Both the position numbers and the translations under genes were made by a program. From assembly GCA_905178155.1 (NCBI GenBank), contig CAJINV010000001.1, forward strand, positions 1,973,904 to 2,037,903: a stretch of DNA of 64,000 bases. Direction: 5' to 3'. The stretch comes from Amoebophrya sp. A120 (lineage: Eukaryota > Protista > Dinoflagellata). Under the pieces are notes generated by a model that was not told the DNA's origin, ran no database searches, and saw only the letters and a list, made by a program, of their open reading frames with translations. Positions 23,580-36,500 of this stretch are shown here, piece by piece. Within the stretch, counting starts at the first letter, position 1. The number at the start of each line of letters is the position of its first letter.

Positions 23580-26086
23580 CGTTCACTGTTAATATAACCG
23601 TAGTTCTAGAAGTTGTGAACAAACCTACAAAGAAACCAAAGGTTGCCGTTTGTGGTCGCTCAGGGTCTTGTCTCGAATAGACGAGATGATACAGCTTTAT
23701 TTCCACCTACTTGAATGTTTATTATATTTTATGCTGTTTCGTTTTCGTACACGAAGACGAATAAATGTGGGGAAACGGAAATGGAAATCGAATACTAGTC
23801 GTGTGGGTGGGAGACGGAGATGTAAAAAAATTGGTGGTACATTCGGGCCCAAAGTTAGAAGTTTGCTTTGCGAGACTGTGTCAGATTTGGATTTGTGCTT
23901 CAGTTTGATCGTTCTGGCCGACAATACCCGATTTGTGTTTTTGTGCGTGTTTGCGAGAAAAAGACCGCATTTCCCTAGTTGCTTCTGAGACACTAAGTAG
24001 AACTACGAGAACGAAGCGAAATAAGAAGCAGAAGTTGATGTCCCACTAGGTAGTATTCTTCTCACGTCTAGTACTGCTAGAAGAAAGTTTGATCTTCTAG
24101 CCCAGAAAAAAAAAAAAAAACGATGCCAAGCTGACCCCTTTGCACCCCAGATCACATGAAGTTGGCTCTTCGAAAAAAAAAACCGACTTGCACAAAATCC
24201 GTAAAAAAAAAGAAGAAAAAACGAAAACAAGTACAGGCCGACGGAAGCGCAGGACATGTTCAAACAAAGCTGGCCGCTCGGGATCGTTCGCCAGGACTAC
24301 GTGACGTCACGAAAACTATTTGGGTTTTGGAAAAAAGATCGTCGAGGAAATGTCTCCTGGCTCCTGGTCATGCATTACATCAAAAAGGCGGCCACATATT
24401 CCGAACATTCATGGCAATTAATCGACGCGACCTGTCATCTGTCAGACAGAAAAAAGGCTCTCCAAAGGGGCGGGAAAAAATCATTTTCATGTTCATTGGA
24501 ATGAGCTGCAGTGTCCATTTGCAGTCGCAGTGCAAAATATTTGAGACGAAGACAAACAAATTTTTATATGTTCATTTTGGATTTCACATCTTGATCTTTC
24601 CTTAATAATGACAAGGACGGTCGTATCTAGCATTAGCTAGCGTAGTCAACAACGGAGCAGCAGAGGAGTGCGAGTAACTAATGCGGACCTCGACCTCCTT
24701 CTGCTTGTCTATGTCGTGCGCACGAAGAAATACTGTAATCGAATTCAACAAAGCGAAAGCGCGTCGGAAGGGACACGTCTGTGCAAGAAACATAGACTAT
24801 GCGTGGAGCAGGGCCGTTAGTTTTACGACTGTGTGTTTTGTTTTCTGGATGAGGGTCACTATAGAGACGAGAAACCGGAGGCTGAGCCAGGGTCGCGTAG
24901 CCGAGATAAGGGGGTGGAAAATCAGGATGAAGTCTATTTTGCGCTCGGGGAGGGGGGTGCTACGTGTCATAAATCAATGGGACAGGGTTTGCAAGCTTTT
25001 CGGAGGTGGTCTACTCTTCTTGTAGTTGGTTGTAGTCAAAAAAAACACGTGGGCGGTGGTTTTTCTCTGATTGCGCGGCGTAAAGTGGTATGAAATTGGT
25101 TTTACACCACGTAAATCAATCGAAGCGAAGTCACTGCACAGGAAGAACGCAATGCTAGTACACACGGTCGTGCGTACTCACAATGGGATTGGAAATGCTA
25201 CCGCCCATTAGCTCAGCAATAGGAATAGCCTATCACTTTAATTTAGTATATCTCCACGTAGCGACTTCACGGCGAGAACCCCACCAAGAGGGCAGTGCCA
25301 CCCTCCTGGCGAGGAATCTCACCGTGCAACAGAACTACATGTCAAGGCGGGCGTGGGTCCTTACGCTTTTACTATCTTTACTTTCGTCTTCGCTATGTTT
25401 CTATCAATGGATACTCCAAAGCAGTGTGGTCTTCTTTTACAGTTAGCTAGCAATTGCGGGGAGCAAGGCTGGTTGCAAGAATCGGATGCGGGCGTGATTT
25501 CGACTAGTATCCGGAAAATCTTCGGCTTGTTTGGCGATGCCGTAGCAAGGACCTGATGAAATGAGTCTACTTGACCCCTACATGGCAACTGAGTGCTTTG
25601 ACCGCTACTTGTCATGCCGCTTATTGTAACCGTAATTCTCCTGCTCTGTAGTTACTGTTGTGCCGCCGGCGTCACGTACTTACTCTTGCTGAGTGGTTCA
25701 GCAGCTGTTTCGATTTTCTTTTTCTTCTGCACCGCAAACGGGCTGCGACGTGGCGCTCCGTGTTTCTTCAGCCATAGAAGCCAGTGAATTTAGAAAGCCC
25801 GTAGGAGTCCGACTTTTGTACTGGTTTTACATGGGTCGCCTGGGTACTTGACGAGAAGGATTGGCGGTAGCTCTGAAAAGGAGGTGCCCGCCGCATTGTG
25901 CCCAAAAATGCACCAAAACCAAAAGAAACAGGACATCGATACAGGGATAATAGTACTGGCACAACGAAGCAGGAGAGGGATGATTTCCGTGCTGTTCGAA
26001 ACTGTACTGTACAACTTGTAGGAGCACGACCAAAACCGTGCGATATCTTTGTCGTCGCTGGCTCATAAGCCGTGTCACGCTCGTCC

Positions 26087-29000
26087 CTAGGACATGATCG
26101 CCGCACCTCCTGGAGAAGCACTAGATCCAGCAACACCCCCAACGACGAGCGTCCGATCTCCACTGGTGGTACGGCTTGGCGTTCCACCGGACACCGTGCG
26201 ACTGATGGTTTGCTGCAGCATCGCAGTTGCACCCCCTCCCACTCCTACTCCAACACCAACTCCACCTCTTCCGGCTAGTTTCTTTTCCTCCCGGAGTTGC
26301 TTCAGCTCTTCCTTCTGCTTCAGAAAGGTTTGGTACTTCCGGGAGAAGACTTCGACGTAGAAACTCGCCCCGTTCCAGATGTTGACCGTGATGCAGACGC
26401 AGCCGAGGACAACCATCAGGTACTGGGAGCGGTACCAGAAGACGCAGGGCAGCATGGAGACGGCCGCGACGAGAAAATTGAGAAAAAAGTACCAAAACTC
26501 GTGCCACTTCGTGTTCACCGTGATCTTCCGCAGGATGCTCTGACCCGTCTGCGTGCCGACGACCCAGCGGTACAGATTCAGGTACTCCGGGTCCTCGGGG
26601 ATGGGCCAGATGTAGTTGCTGCTGAAGTAGGAAAACACCTGCTGCAACGCGTAGAACAGCAGCGGCACGACCCAAAGCTCAACCCACCCGACCTCCTCCG
26701 GGTCGTACTGCGCGAAGCTTAGCGCCCTTTTGCGAAACAAACTCACCTCCGAAATGCTGGCGCTCTCGTGCCGAATCACGTAGCAACAGAGAAAAGGGAC
26801 CACGTGAATGAAAACCTGAGGAGATCAATATCATGAGATAGTGAGAAAATTTCTTTTGCGTTGCTGAACTACTCTAGAAACACCAAACGCGGCCGTGCTG
26901 CACAAAATTACAAGTAGACCCGCTCTGCGCCACTACAGCGGGTCTCCGAGAAAAAAAATTTTACAACGTACAACCGTCAAAAACAATAACAAACAATTAA
27001 CAAAGTATTTTTCAGAAGGAAAATATAATAAAAATCTTTCGTACGCTTGTGCAGTGTTCCCAGGAGTGGAACACCAAGGAGTTGCGAAACAGTGTGGAGG
27101 CCAGCAGCATGGGTCCGCAGGAGGCGGAGAACACAACGCAGAAGAGCAGCTTGGACCAAGGCAGCACCCAGAGGTACAGCAATAGCAAGAGATTCCCGAA
27201 GTAGCAAAAGTCGAGTAAAAAGTAGACCCACTTCAACCGCTTGTACTTCCAGAACCGCCAGGGGATCAGGACGCACAGCTGGAGGGTGTACAAGTACGGC
27301 GTGAGAAGGAACTTGTGCGGGCCGAAAATGAAGTAGCAAACCAGGATCAAATTCATGATGCCCCCCGTGAAGGAAAGTTTGTCCCACAGCTTGATGTACG
27401 ACGGATCCTCGCGCTTTTCCAGAACTTGCTTCACCAACTCCAGGTCGCCACTGTACTTGAGGAGCAGCTTTTTGATCATGTCCCTTTTTCTCCGCCGTTT
27501 CGTCAGCAGAATCTTCCGTTGCAGCTCTTCTTCCGTTTGCTGTGGTCCAGTTGCTGCACCAGCGTCACTGCTAAAGTTGTTCTGTCGCTTTTTGCAAGCG
27601 CCCTTTAGCTTCTTCCCGGTTTTCATCGTGGTCGTCGAAAGCAGCCGCAGCGCAACCATTTCCCGCAATACCCGAACCTTGTCGCCGGGAGTTTCGGCTG
27701 CGCTGAACTGCGCTCGAATCTGCTGCAGCTCATCGACCGGCAGGCGGGCGAAAAATTTGGCGAGCAACTGTTGTCTGCGGGACGAAGACGACGGTGACGC
27801 TGCTGTGGGCCCGGTTCCTGGGCTGGACAGGGGTGTAGCGCTCGTTGTAGACACAGTGCAAGTGCTTGTAAGACCACCATCGACTCCTGTGCTCATTGTG
27901 CTGCCTACGTTGCTGCTTGACGTAGGGGCTGCGTTCGAGGATGAACTGGAACTCCACAGGTCCGAGGAAGGTGGGCTTGAGGACCCGAAACGAGACGACG
28001 GCTGGACCAGATGTGGTCCTGACGTGGTACCGCCTACAGCTGCAGCCGGTTCACCAGTAGCAGTACCGTCCGCTGCAAGCGCTTCGTACAGGAGATTCTT
28101 CTCAGATTCCAACATGATCTCAGCTTTCTCACCGTTCATGGTCCTATCTTTTTCGTCACTGCTAGAAGTCGTGTGCCCCCTGTAATTTCCGCCCCGGTTC
28201 TTCTTCATGTTCGCACCGCGGTAGCGGAGGGTCGCGTTTGCTGTGGAGGTTTGGCCAACATCGTCGCTGCTCATCTTCTGATCTACAACTTGACGCTGCT
28301 CATTCGTTGTTCCCGCTTCTGCACTTATCGTCGCGCCGGCGCGTTGATGAGAAGCCGGCTGGTTGTCACCACTGTCCGGCGTCGACGGCACCGTACTTGA
28401 CGCAGACGGCACCTCCAAGCGCTGTCTTGTTTCAGCACTTCCTGTAAGATTCTCGTGCTGAAAGATGGCTCGCTGAAGGATTTCCTGCTCCACCTGGAGC
28501 TCCTTCTGCAACTGCTTTCCGTCGTGATCGCCAACAGCACTCATCCACTGCAAAAGTATCGCACTCGTATTATAATTGCCAGCCTTGCATCACAGACCTA
28601 GTTCTTTTCTTAAGTACCTGATCCTGAATCAGCACGATAATTTTCATTTATTTTCCTTTCCAAAAAGTTTGTCATGCGATTTATACTTCAGTAGTACGAT
28701 AGTTTTGCAATGCATACGACTCCCGGACGCCACATCCACGGCGTCCCGGAACAGCGCGGCGATTTCTTCCCCGGTGAACTCGACGGAGTCGTGGCTTCCC
28801 GGAGTGGAATCATCCGCCTCCTCCTCCTCCTCACCGGTAGTTGTTCCCGGCGGGTAGAGGTGCGCAGTGGTAGCAACATCTTGCTCCTCGCCCCGCAAGA
28901 GCTCGTCGACCAGCTCGCCATCGTCTAGGGAGTGCAAGGAGGACAAATCTACGCTGTCGTCCAAATCTTCTTCGTCGTCGTGTTTATTTTCAGCATTTTG

Positions 29001-29282
29001 TACTAGCTGTTGATCTTGGCGTTCCTCTTCGGGCTGAAGCTTTTTTTCAAGTGAAGACTCCTCCATTTTCGGAGCGTCGTAGCGTGCGACTGCGAGTAGT
29101 GCTGCTGTTGTTGTGTCTTCGAGTAGTTGCACCTGGTCTTCCCCTTCTTCGCGTGGCACCAGTCGCAGCTCCAGCTTTACGTCGTCCTCAACATCGCAAG
29201 ACTTGTCGCTTCATGCCGTGGAAGTGGGAACGCGAGTTATTATAGATACGTACCTCCGCATTACTACTGTATCTTCTTGCAT
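26087..29282 (-). CDS. GPC1: Glycerophosphocholine acyltransferase GPC1 / DUF2838 membrane protein with long N-terminal extension
   Basis: WDKLSF, YFLLDFCYFGN, SCGPM...FRNSLVFHSWEHCTS|VFIH, IWNGASFYVEVFSRKY. A short first exon (MQEDTVVMR) joins via a GT-AG intron. Confidence 0.8.
28542..28716. mobile_element. Introner (TATGCATTGCAAAAG family), decayed end
   Basis: TIR core tgcaaaa(g/c)tatcg, termini CAT...ATA, TSD GCACT/CGACT. Removal restores the frame. Confidence 0.75.
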
Positions 29283-30023
29283 CGTCGTGTTGAAGATGCT
29301 TCTTTCTTGTACAACGCAGCAATCAACATAGGTGGAAATCAAAGAAACGCTTCGACGAGTGAGCAACCCAATGCGTTCTTCTTGAAATCTAAATGTATCT
29401 TAATCTTAAATTTTTTTTCGTTCTCCACTTTGTGCACTTAGCATTTCGTTATTTTCTCGTACCGGAACTACAGGAAAAATGAAGCCCAGAAAGGCAGAGA
29501 GAGAGATGTCATCCAAAAGCTTAATCAAGAAGTGCCTGGTCACAGACAAAGACTTCTGAAAAGGTCGCGCAGCCAGAAAAGGGCTGGTATCCAATCAATT
29601 TTTGCCGGTCACAGTAGATCTCACGTTCTTCAGAGCATTTGATGTAACCTCTTCGGTGTGGGCACTCATTTTTCTTTTTGTTTTTCTGCTTCGTCTTTGT
29701 GATTCTACTCATCTTCAACCTCCCCAGGAGGAGTACTAGCGATAGAGATCGCAAGTGCAGTTCCGGGTGGTCGTGCGCTCAGGTTTCTCTCAATAATTTG
29801 GTTTAAAAGCTACCATGATGTTGAACACACATACTCGTCGCACACCATCGTGACGCGCAAAAATCGAAGAAGAAGCCATAGCCAACGCTGACTTGCAGAA
29901 ACGAGAATGAAAACCATTTCGAGAAGACCTACTAGGTAGACACACAACTAAAGTTTTACTTTAGCAAGTACTCCAACTAATAAATAAATTCGGGTGAGGA
30001 TTTTCTCAAAAACTACAAAAGAC

Positions 30024-30896
30024 TCATGTTCTTGCTGCAGCACTTGCAGGAGTCTCTGCCTGTCCTTGTCGCGCCACCTCTACTTGACCGAGATGCCAGC
30101 TTTGCACGAGTCTCCAATATGGAATGCTCTCCCAGCCGCACTTTGGCGAAATGCCGCGGCCGCCGATTTGCATCAGCGCAATCCGATCGGCGGTTGTTTC
30201 TCCTCGCAATTTTGGGTTGCTATCCAGCATGATTTCCACCGCTTTTCGCATATTAGCGTACCGCTGTTCCGCTGCGGTGTCAACGCTCGGATCGTGGCCG
30301 TCTTTCTGATAGAGCAGACTCATGTGCGGCACTCGGCACGGAGGCGCGAATAGAAGGAGCTCCTCGTCGGTGTGATTACTGGGCTGACGTTCTTGTTGAA
30401 CAAGACCACCGCCCAGCAAGCTGCGTTGTAGCTCCTTGCACAGAAAAACCAACTCAGGGCTGCGCGCCACCTCTAGGTACAGGTCCTGCGCCCAGAAATT
30501 GCGCTCCGATCGGACCGCGGTGAAGGGTATTAATATGGGAGCGCTACTAGTAGAGCCCCCTGAACCTCTGTCTTCATCTCCAACCGGGCCCTCTACTGCA
30601 TTAGTATCCGAGGAGTTGCTGCGCCACGTCTTGAATGTCTGCACGACCTGTGCTACTCTCTCGATGGCATCACTCTCCCGAAGCCCTCGCGTTCCACCGC
30701 AAACGGTCACGTGGGGCTGAAACCTTGGCATGCCGGTTGCCGCAGCGAAAACGTCTATTATTTCCGATTGAATCAAACGCTCTGTGCGTTCTTCCGGCAA
30801 GAGCCAAACCACAAAACGATCGTCATGTTGATCTAACTCGCCCGGCGTTGTAGCTGCTCCAGCTTCAAGTTCAACATGTTCAGTTCTGCCGCCCAT
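30024..30896 (-). CDS. 2H-phosphoesterase, cyclic nucleotide phosphodiesterase (CPDase)-like
   Basis: VWLLP, FQPHVTV and PHMSLLY, the two HxT/S motifs of the CPDase family. Confidence 0.8.
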   Translation of the reverse strand: MGGRTEHVELEAGAATTPGELDQHDDRFVVWLLPEERTERLIQSEIIDVFAAATGMPRFQPHVTVCGGTRGLRESDAIERVAQVVQTFKTWRSNSSDTNAVEGPVGDEDRGSGGSTSSAPILIPFTAVRSERNFWAQDLYLEVARSPELVFLCKELQRSLLGGGLVQQERQPSNHTDEELLLFAPPCRVPHMSLLYQKDGHDPSVDTAAEQRYANMRKAVEIMLDSNPKLRGETTADRIALMQIGGRGISPKCGWESIPYWRLVQSWHLGQVEVARQGQAETPASAAART

Positions 30897-31533
30897 TACT
30901 TTTAAGGGCTTCGCGCGTGGTGGTGGTCAAGTACAAGTAGCGCAAGCCACAATCATAAATACAACACAACAGAAAGAGTTGGTGTACTAAAAAGTAATAC
31001 TAATGGCGATTTGAAGATAAAGCTAAACAATGCTTTGAGTGGATTACTCTCATTTTCATCAGCGCAGCAGCTCACTCTTGCTTCACATTCATCATTCTTT
31101 CCTGAGAATCTCCTTTCTGTACCGACGACGAGCCCCCAAGGTTGGTGAAAAAGAAGAGACAAAGGTGGGCATGATCTTGTAGCTTACGATCCTGTCCTTC
31201 ATGATCTTCGTCGCAAACACTTACTACGTGCGAGGATGACCACGATGAACAGGAAATTTCCGATTTGTAGTTGTAGTTCGTGTGAAGAACGACGTGATCA
31301 GATGCTCTACTCCTTGTGTAGTGAAAAGCTTCTTCGTTTCTGGATCAGACGATCGAGGAACCACCTATCCAGGTTCTTTCCGATCTCTGCCAATTTTTCG
31401 GCCGGGTGACCAAGAAGATCATGCTCGGTTGCACCTCCGGGGACGTCTCCTCTTGCTTTGCGAGGTAAATTCGCCAGCGAGAACATGCGCAACCTTCACA
31501 ATAATGAGAATCTGCTTTGTCAAGAATTGTGTT

Positions 31534-32232
31534 TCATCCCTTCAGTTCAGTTGCAGGCTCTGGCGGGTCTGGTTTTCGCAAGTAAGCGAAGCGTTTGGCC
31601 ACAAGTCTCGCCGATAGAAAGTCATCACTCGGAGGCGTTCTACTTTCGCTTTCCTTGACCAAGGCATTATTAAGAAGCTCCTGTTGAGTACTACTGCTTT
31701 TGTCTCGTACTTCCAACTCTATCAGTTCTATTCCGTTGTGCGCTACTTTCCTTTTGCCCTCCACGCTATCGTCCCAGTAGCGCGAAAATTGAAAGACTGC
31801 AATAAGCGGACACGACAAGCTGTTGTTGTCAACAGGTCCTGTTGCCGCCCAATGAGCGTCTGCCAGCTGTGGTTCCTTTTGTTCCGACGCAAAGGCGAAA
31901 GCCTCTTCGGGCCAATCTTTCCTGTCAACGACCTTGTAGTCCCAGTAGAGGTTTTTGGCGTACGATTCCAGAAAAAACTTCTCAACGGTCGGAATCACCG
32001 TTTTCTCTTTCCCTACCATGCCGAACATGTCAACGTCAGCTGTGAGAAGCGGAAACAGCTTCAAATGCAGTGTTTCCTTCTTCGTGTCGAGGCTTTCTTC
32101 CTGCCCGATTTCGTTGGATACGCGGCAATACAGGTCGGCCCAAGCGTCGCAAACCGGTTGCAAGAACGCCATTTGTTCTTGCGGAGTGTTGTAATCTGCC
32201 GCTTCATCCTGCTTTCGCCCTGGTGTAGTCAT
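31534..32232 (-). CDS. Hypothetical protein (possibly NTF2/SnoaL-like fold)
   Basis: 232-aa ORF with globular composition. The fold guess rests only on the helix/strand pattern. Confidence 0.5.
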   Translation of the reverse strand: MTTPGRKQDEAADYNTPQEQMAFLQPVCDAWADLYCRVSNEIGQEESLDTKKETLHLKLFPLLTADVDMFGMVGKEKTVIPTVEKFFLESYAKNLYWDYKVVDRKDWPEEAFAFASEQKEPQLADAHWAATGPVDNNSLSCPLIAVFQFSRYWDDSVEGKRKVAHNGIELIELEVRDKSSSTQQELLNNALVKESESRTPPSDDFLSARLVAKRFAYLRKPDPPEPATELKG

Positions 32233-33565
32233 GTTGTTGCTCTAGTGTAGCTCTACTTCTTCATCTGACCCCGGGATTTATTTTTATATTCATAGAATTT
32301 CTCCACGACCACTGTTCACACACATAAACCGAAACTGAATCCGTTCCCGATGCGAAGCTTACGCGACGCAGCCGAACGTGAAGCTCTCTCTCTACTTTGC
32401 AGCGCCCAACTAAACAGGATTTGATCTTGTCAAGGCAGGGACTTTGATAATCGACGTAACCAGCTCGTCCGACTGAGACGATATTGAAGAACGAAAACAG
32501 TAATGACAGGCAAACAGCTGAGTCGTGCTGCTACTGCGACGTCAGGATGATCCTACATCAAGTTTCCGATAATTCGATGCGGAAGATCCATGCGCGAACA
32601 GCAACAGTGTTTATTCATTCCGATGCGATGAATGGAGCTGGAGGCGGGAACGGGACGTGCCTAGACACATATTTCGCCGCGTCCGCATCCGCACGGAAAA
32701 ACTGGAACTCCGAATTTCTTTTTCGCGTTTTTCTTCTTGGTTTTCCTCTTGTTCATTCTAGGAACCTCAGTCATTCTATACCTGTGTGAAACGAGCAGCC
32801 GAAGTGAAAATCAGCTTCGCGCTCCTGCTTTTTCTGTTGATACTCTTAGCTTGAAAAATTTTGGGAAAAGAGACACGCTACCTATATGGTGAGAGAAATA
32901 CAACAATAAGCATAGCAAAGTAAACTAACCTTGGCATATGGTGACACCTCAGATATCCAGATGAAGCCGCAAAAATCACAATCAGTGACTACAGCGAAGA
33001 AGTACATATGTCGCTATACCTCGAAATAACTCATGAATCAATTAGCCTGGCATCCCCGCAAAAGTTTAACTTTAACGGGGCCGTGTCGAAAACGGACAGG
33101 CAAACCGAAGTAGCCTAAAAAGTCTTTGTTGGGGTCGCTGAGGGTCAGGAGGAGTGCTGATACGTCGCGGTGCTGAAATTTGACGACGCGGGGACTGCTC
33201 CAGTTGCCCGTTCAGTCCACCTGGCAGAAGTTGTATCACGGATAGTTGTGTTCCTTTCCCCCGTGGTGGCTGAGCATCAGCTCGACGAGATTCCGCTCCG
33301 AAACGGATAGTCGCGCCGCTAACTCATCTTCTCATATGCCTGTCTACTTGGTAGCACTCGGTAACTGCAAATAGAAGACAGAGGCATAGCGGCGCACGTA
33401 GGGTTCCCGATGACGGGCTGTGCGAAGACGAATCGTATCTGAGTACTAATTTCACCTCCAACTAGACTCGTACCCATTGAAGAACCGGAAGGGAAGATCC
33501 AGACGCAGACACGTCGCTTGAAGGTGGGGTAGAAGTCGCTGCAGTGAGCGAGGTGCGCACTCTTT

Positions 33566-36500
33566 TCATCTTTTATGGTGTCCGTTCGTGAGGCCCGCCT
33601 TGCTCGTCCCGTTAGGAGCTCCTCCAGCGTCCTGCTCCTTCTTGACCTGCTGTTGCGCCACGATGGCGTCCTGTTCCTTCTTGATCTGGATCGCAGCCGC
33701 AGACACACTGAAATCCAAGCTATGGATGTGTCAGGATCGAAATCAACAAAATCAAAAAATGTGTGATGCATAAAACGTAGGGCACTGAAGGCCTGTATTG
33801 GGGAGCAGGCAAATGAGACCGATTGCAAGCCTGTTTAGGGATATACAATGCGCTGCCAGAGTAGCACGACAGGACGACTCTTCTTTGCCCAAACAGCATG
33901 ACAGACTGGATTTGGGTGCTCCCAAAATTTGTCATGCGCCACTTAGAAACTGAGGCTACAACTGACATCGATTTTGTGCATCACAAATTTTTCGATTTTG
34001 TCAATTTCGATTCTGACACTTCCATACAAGCCGATGTCTTCGTAGTACCCCTGCCCGTAGATCCCCAGCTTGAACACGTAGCCCGGTCGCTTGCCCTCGA
34101 ATTTCTCGGTAGGTAAAAAGGGTTTCTTGAAGGTGTGCCGTGCCTCCTCCTTCTCCCGTTCTTCCTGCTTTCGCTGTTCCACCTTCTTTTTCGTGGCCTC
34201 CCGCGCTTTGTCCTTCGTCTCGCCGTCCAAGAGGAGCTTGATCTCAGGCTCTAAAGCCTCCGGCTTCCAGTGCTTGCTCCATATTGTCTTCACGTACTCC
34301 TTCAGCTTCTGTGGCGTCTTCATCCGCCAATGCGAAACTTTCTTCGCGATGCCGGGCCAGTGCAACCTGTAGGGTTTTTGTTTGTAGTGAGCCTGAACCT
34401 TGTTGCCATCGACAATTCACTAGCGGTAGGGAGCTACTACTTCTACTGCTCCTTTATTGACTTGCTGTGAGTGAGTTGTCAGCGAGTTGCTGGGTCATAA
34501 TTTGTGACAAAACCTCTCAACAGCTGCATAGGAAGCGCAGGTCGTCGCACGCGAAAAGTAAAAAGCAAAGACTGCTATCAACCAAGCAACTGCAACATCA
34601 AGGCTACTACAAGAAATCACAACATGACTATACCCTCTATTTGGATCGGCGTCCGCGCACTTTGTGATTATTTCGCGTTGCTCGTGCAGGGACCCGTTGG
34701 CGAGCTCGAAGGCCAGGGCCATGCCCCAGGCGTCGCCGACCTTGGGAGACAAAGTCGTCGCGCGCTGCAGCCATTTCCGTGCTTTCGGGATTTTTCGGTC
34801 CTCCCAGAAAAGCTCGGCGACGGCCATCTGGACATAGGTGTCGTTTTCGCAATGCTTCAGCGCATCGACACTCTTTGCGTTCTGCCCATTCTTCGGCTCC
34901 ATGGCAATGGCTTTCGCCCATAATATCCCACTGGCTGGACACTCTTGAAGGCCTGTAGTTGGATTTGGTAAAGTGGCGGAACAATCATGTTCATGGGTGA
35001 TCAATCATGTCATAGCGCGCTGCTCCGAAGAGTCGAAACAACAAACGATATCTAACTCGCAATTCTTTAGCACGGCGCAACGAGGGTTAAAGATGCCCAT
35101 CCCCATACTGCTTCTGCTGCACTTCAACGGAGCAAGGTTATAGAAGCAACTCGAGGACAAACTACGCATACCTTTGTTTATCATGTGCTGTGCCATTTTG
35201 TCGTTTCGATCGAGCTCTTCCACCAACACGCCCCAGTACCACAGCAGTTCTGACTTTGGATTTCTCAGTCGGGCCTTCTCGAGCAACGCTCGCGCCTTCG
35301 GATACCGCTGCTGGCGTACCTCCGCGTCGACGCAACACACCCACAGGTCGACGGATTTGGGGCACTCCTGCAGCCCGCGCTCGAACATTCGGGTCGCGTC
35401 TGCAGCGCCGGCGACGCTGGTGTGCGGGTCTTCCAGAATCAGCTGGCCAGCGATCATGTAGAGCTTTGCGGTCTTGGGGTGTCGCTTCAGCGCCTTCTCG
35501 CACAGGGCCTTCGCTTGCGTGAACTTCTGGTCCTCGCGCTCGAGCTGGATGCTCTGCTGCCACACCTTCGCAGACGACTCCACCGTGTGTCGTGCGCGCT
35601 CAAGAATCATGCGCGCCCGCTGCACTTCCTGCGACTCAGACTCCAGCTTGGCCGCCGCAAGAGAAATGGACTCGCTACCCGGAAGAAACTTGTCGGCGTC
35701 TTGGAGGACCTGTAATGTCGTGTGGAACCGCATGATGATCTTCATTGTCATTCATCAACAAGTATTCTGTACTATTAAGTGGAAGTGCTGCGAACGACTA
35801 CAGTGGCTGGCGGCCATCAAACTCTACTTGCATGTCGGATTATGCAACATTTGTAGCTGTATGGAACAAGAAAAAATCATACAAAAGCTGCACAAAGTAG
35901 GTAGATGTCAATGTCTTCGTCCTCTCTTCAAAACAAACGTCGTACCCTTCTGGCCCCGGGCAGGTCCCCGCTGAGCCACTTTTGCTTCGCTCGCATGAGC
36001 CACAGCACCTCCGCGCCCGGGCAGTTTTCGCAGGCTCGTGCCAGCACCTTGTCCAGCGATTCTCTTGTGCCGTACTTGATTTCCAGCTCGCCGTACCGGC
36101 GCCACAGCCCCTTTTTCGTCGGAAGCTCCCGCACGGCGGCCTCCAGCACGGCGCGCGCGGTCCCGATGCTGCCCTTGGATTCCAGCGTCTGCGCGTCCTG
36201 GATCCAGATGCGTTTCACCGTTTTTGGGTCGTAGGCGCTGGACGATTGGTCCAGCTGGGACTCGAGTTTGAGCTTGATGGTTTTGTTCACGATGGCCGTG
36301 CAGGTTTTCGGGTACTTGCTCGCCTCGGCCTCGGCGGCGTGCGAGAGCCAGGTGTCGCGATCCATGTGGACGCCCACCTTTTGCAGCGCCTGCACGCCGC
36401 GGCCAAACAGCGTCTCCACCTCCTGCGTGTCCGTGTTCGGCGCCCCCTGCTCGTGCAGTTTCGCCGCGTTTACCCAGATTAGGAAGGAGTGCGGGCAATT

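Noticed and set aside
23700-26000. Short overlapping ORFs in the CPPED1-GPC1 intergenic region
   Set aside because: No recognisable motif, codon bias or splice-consistent model.
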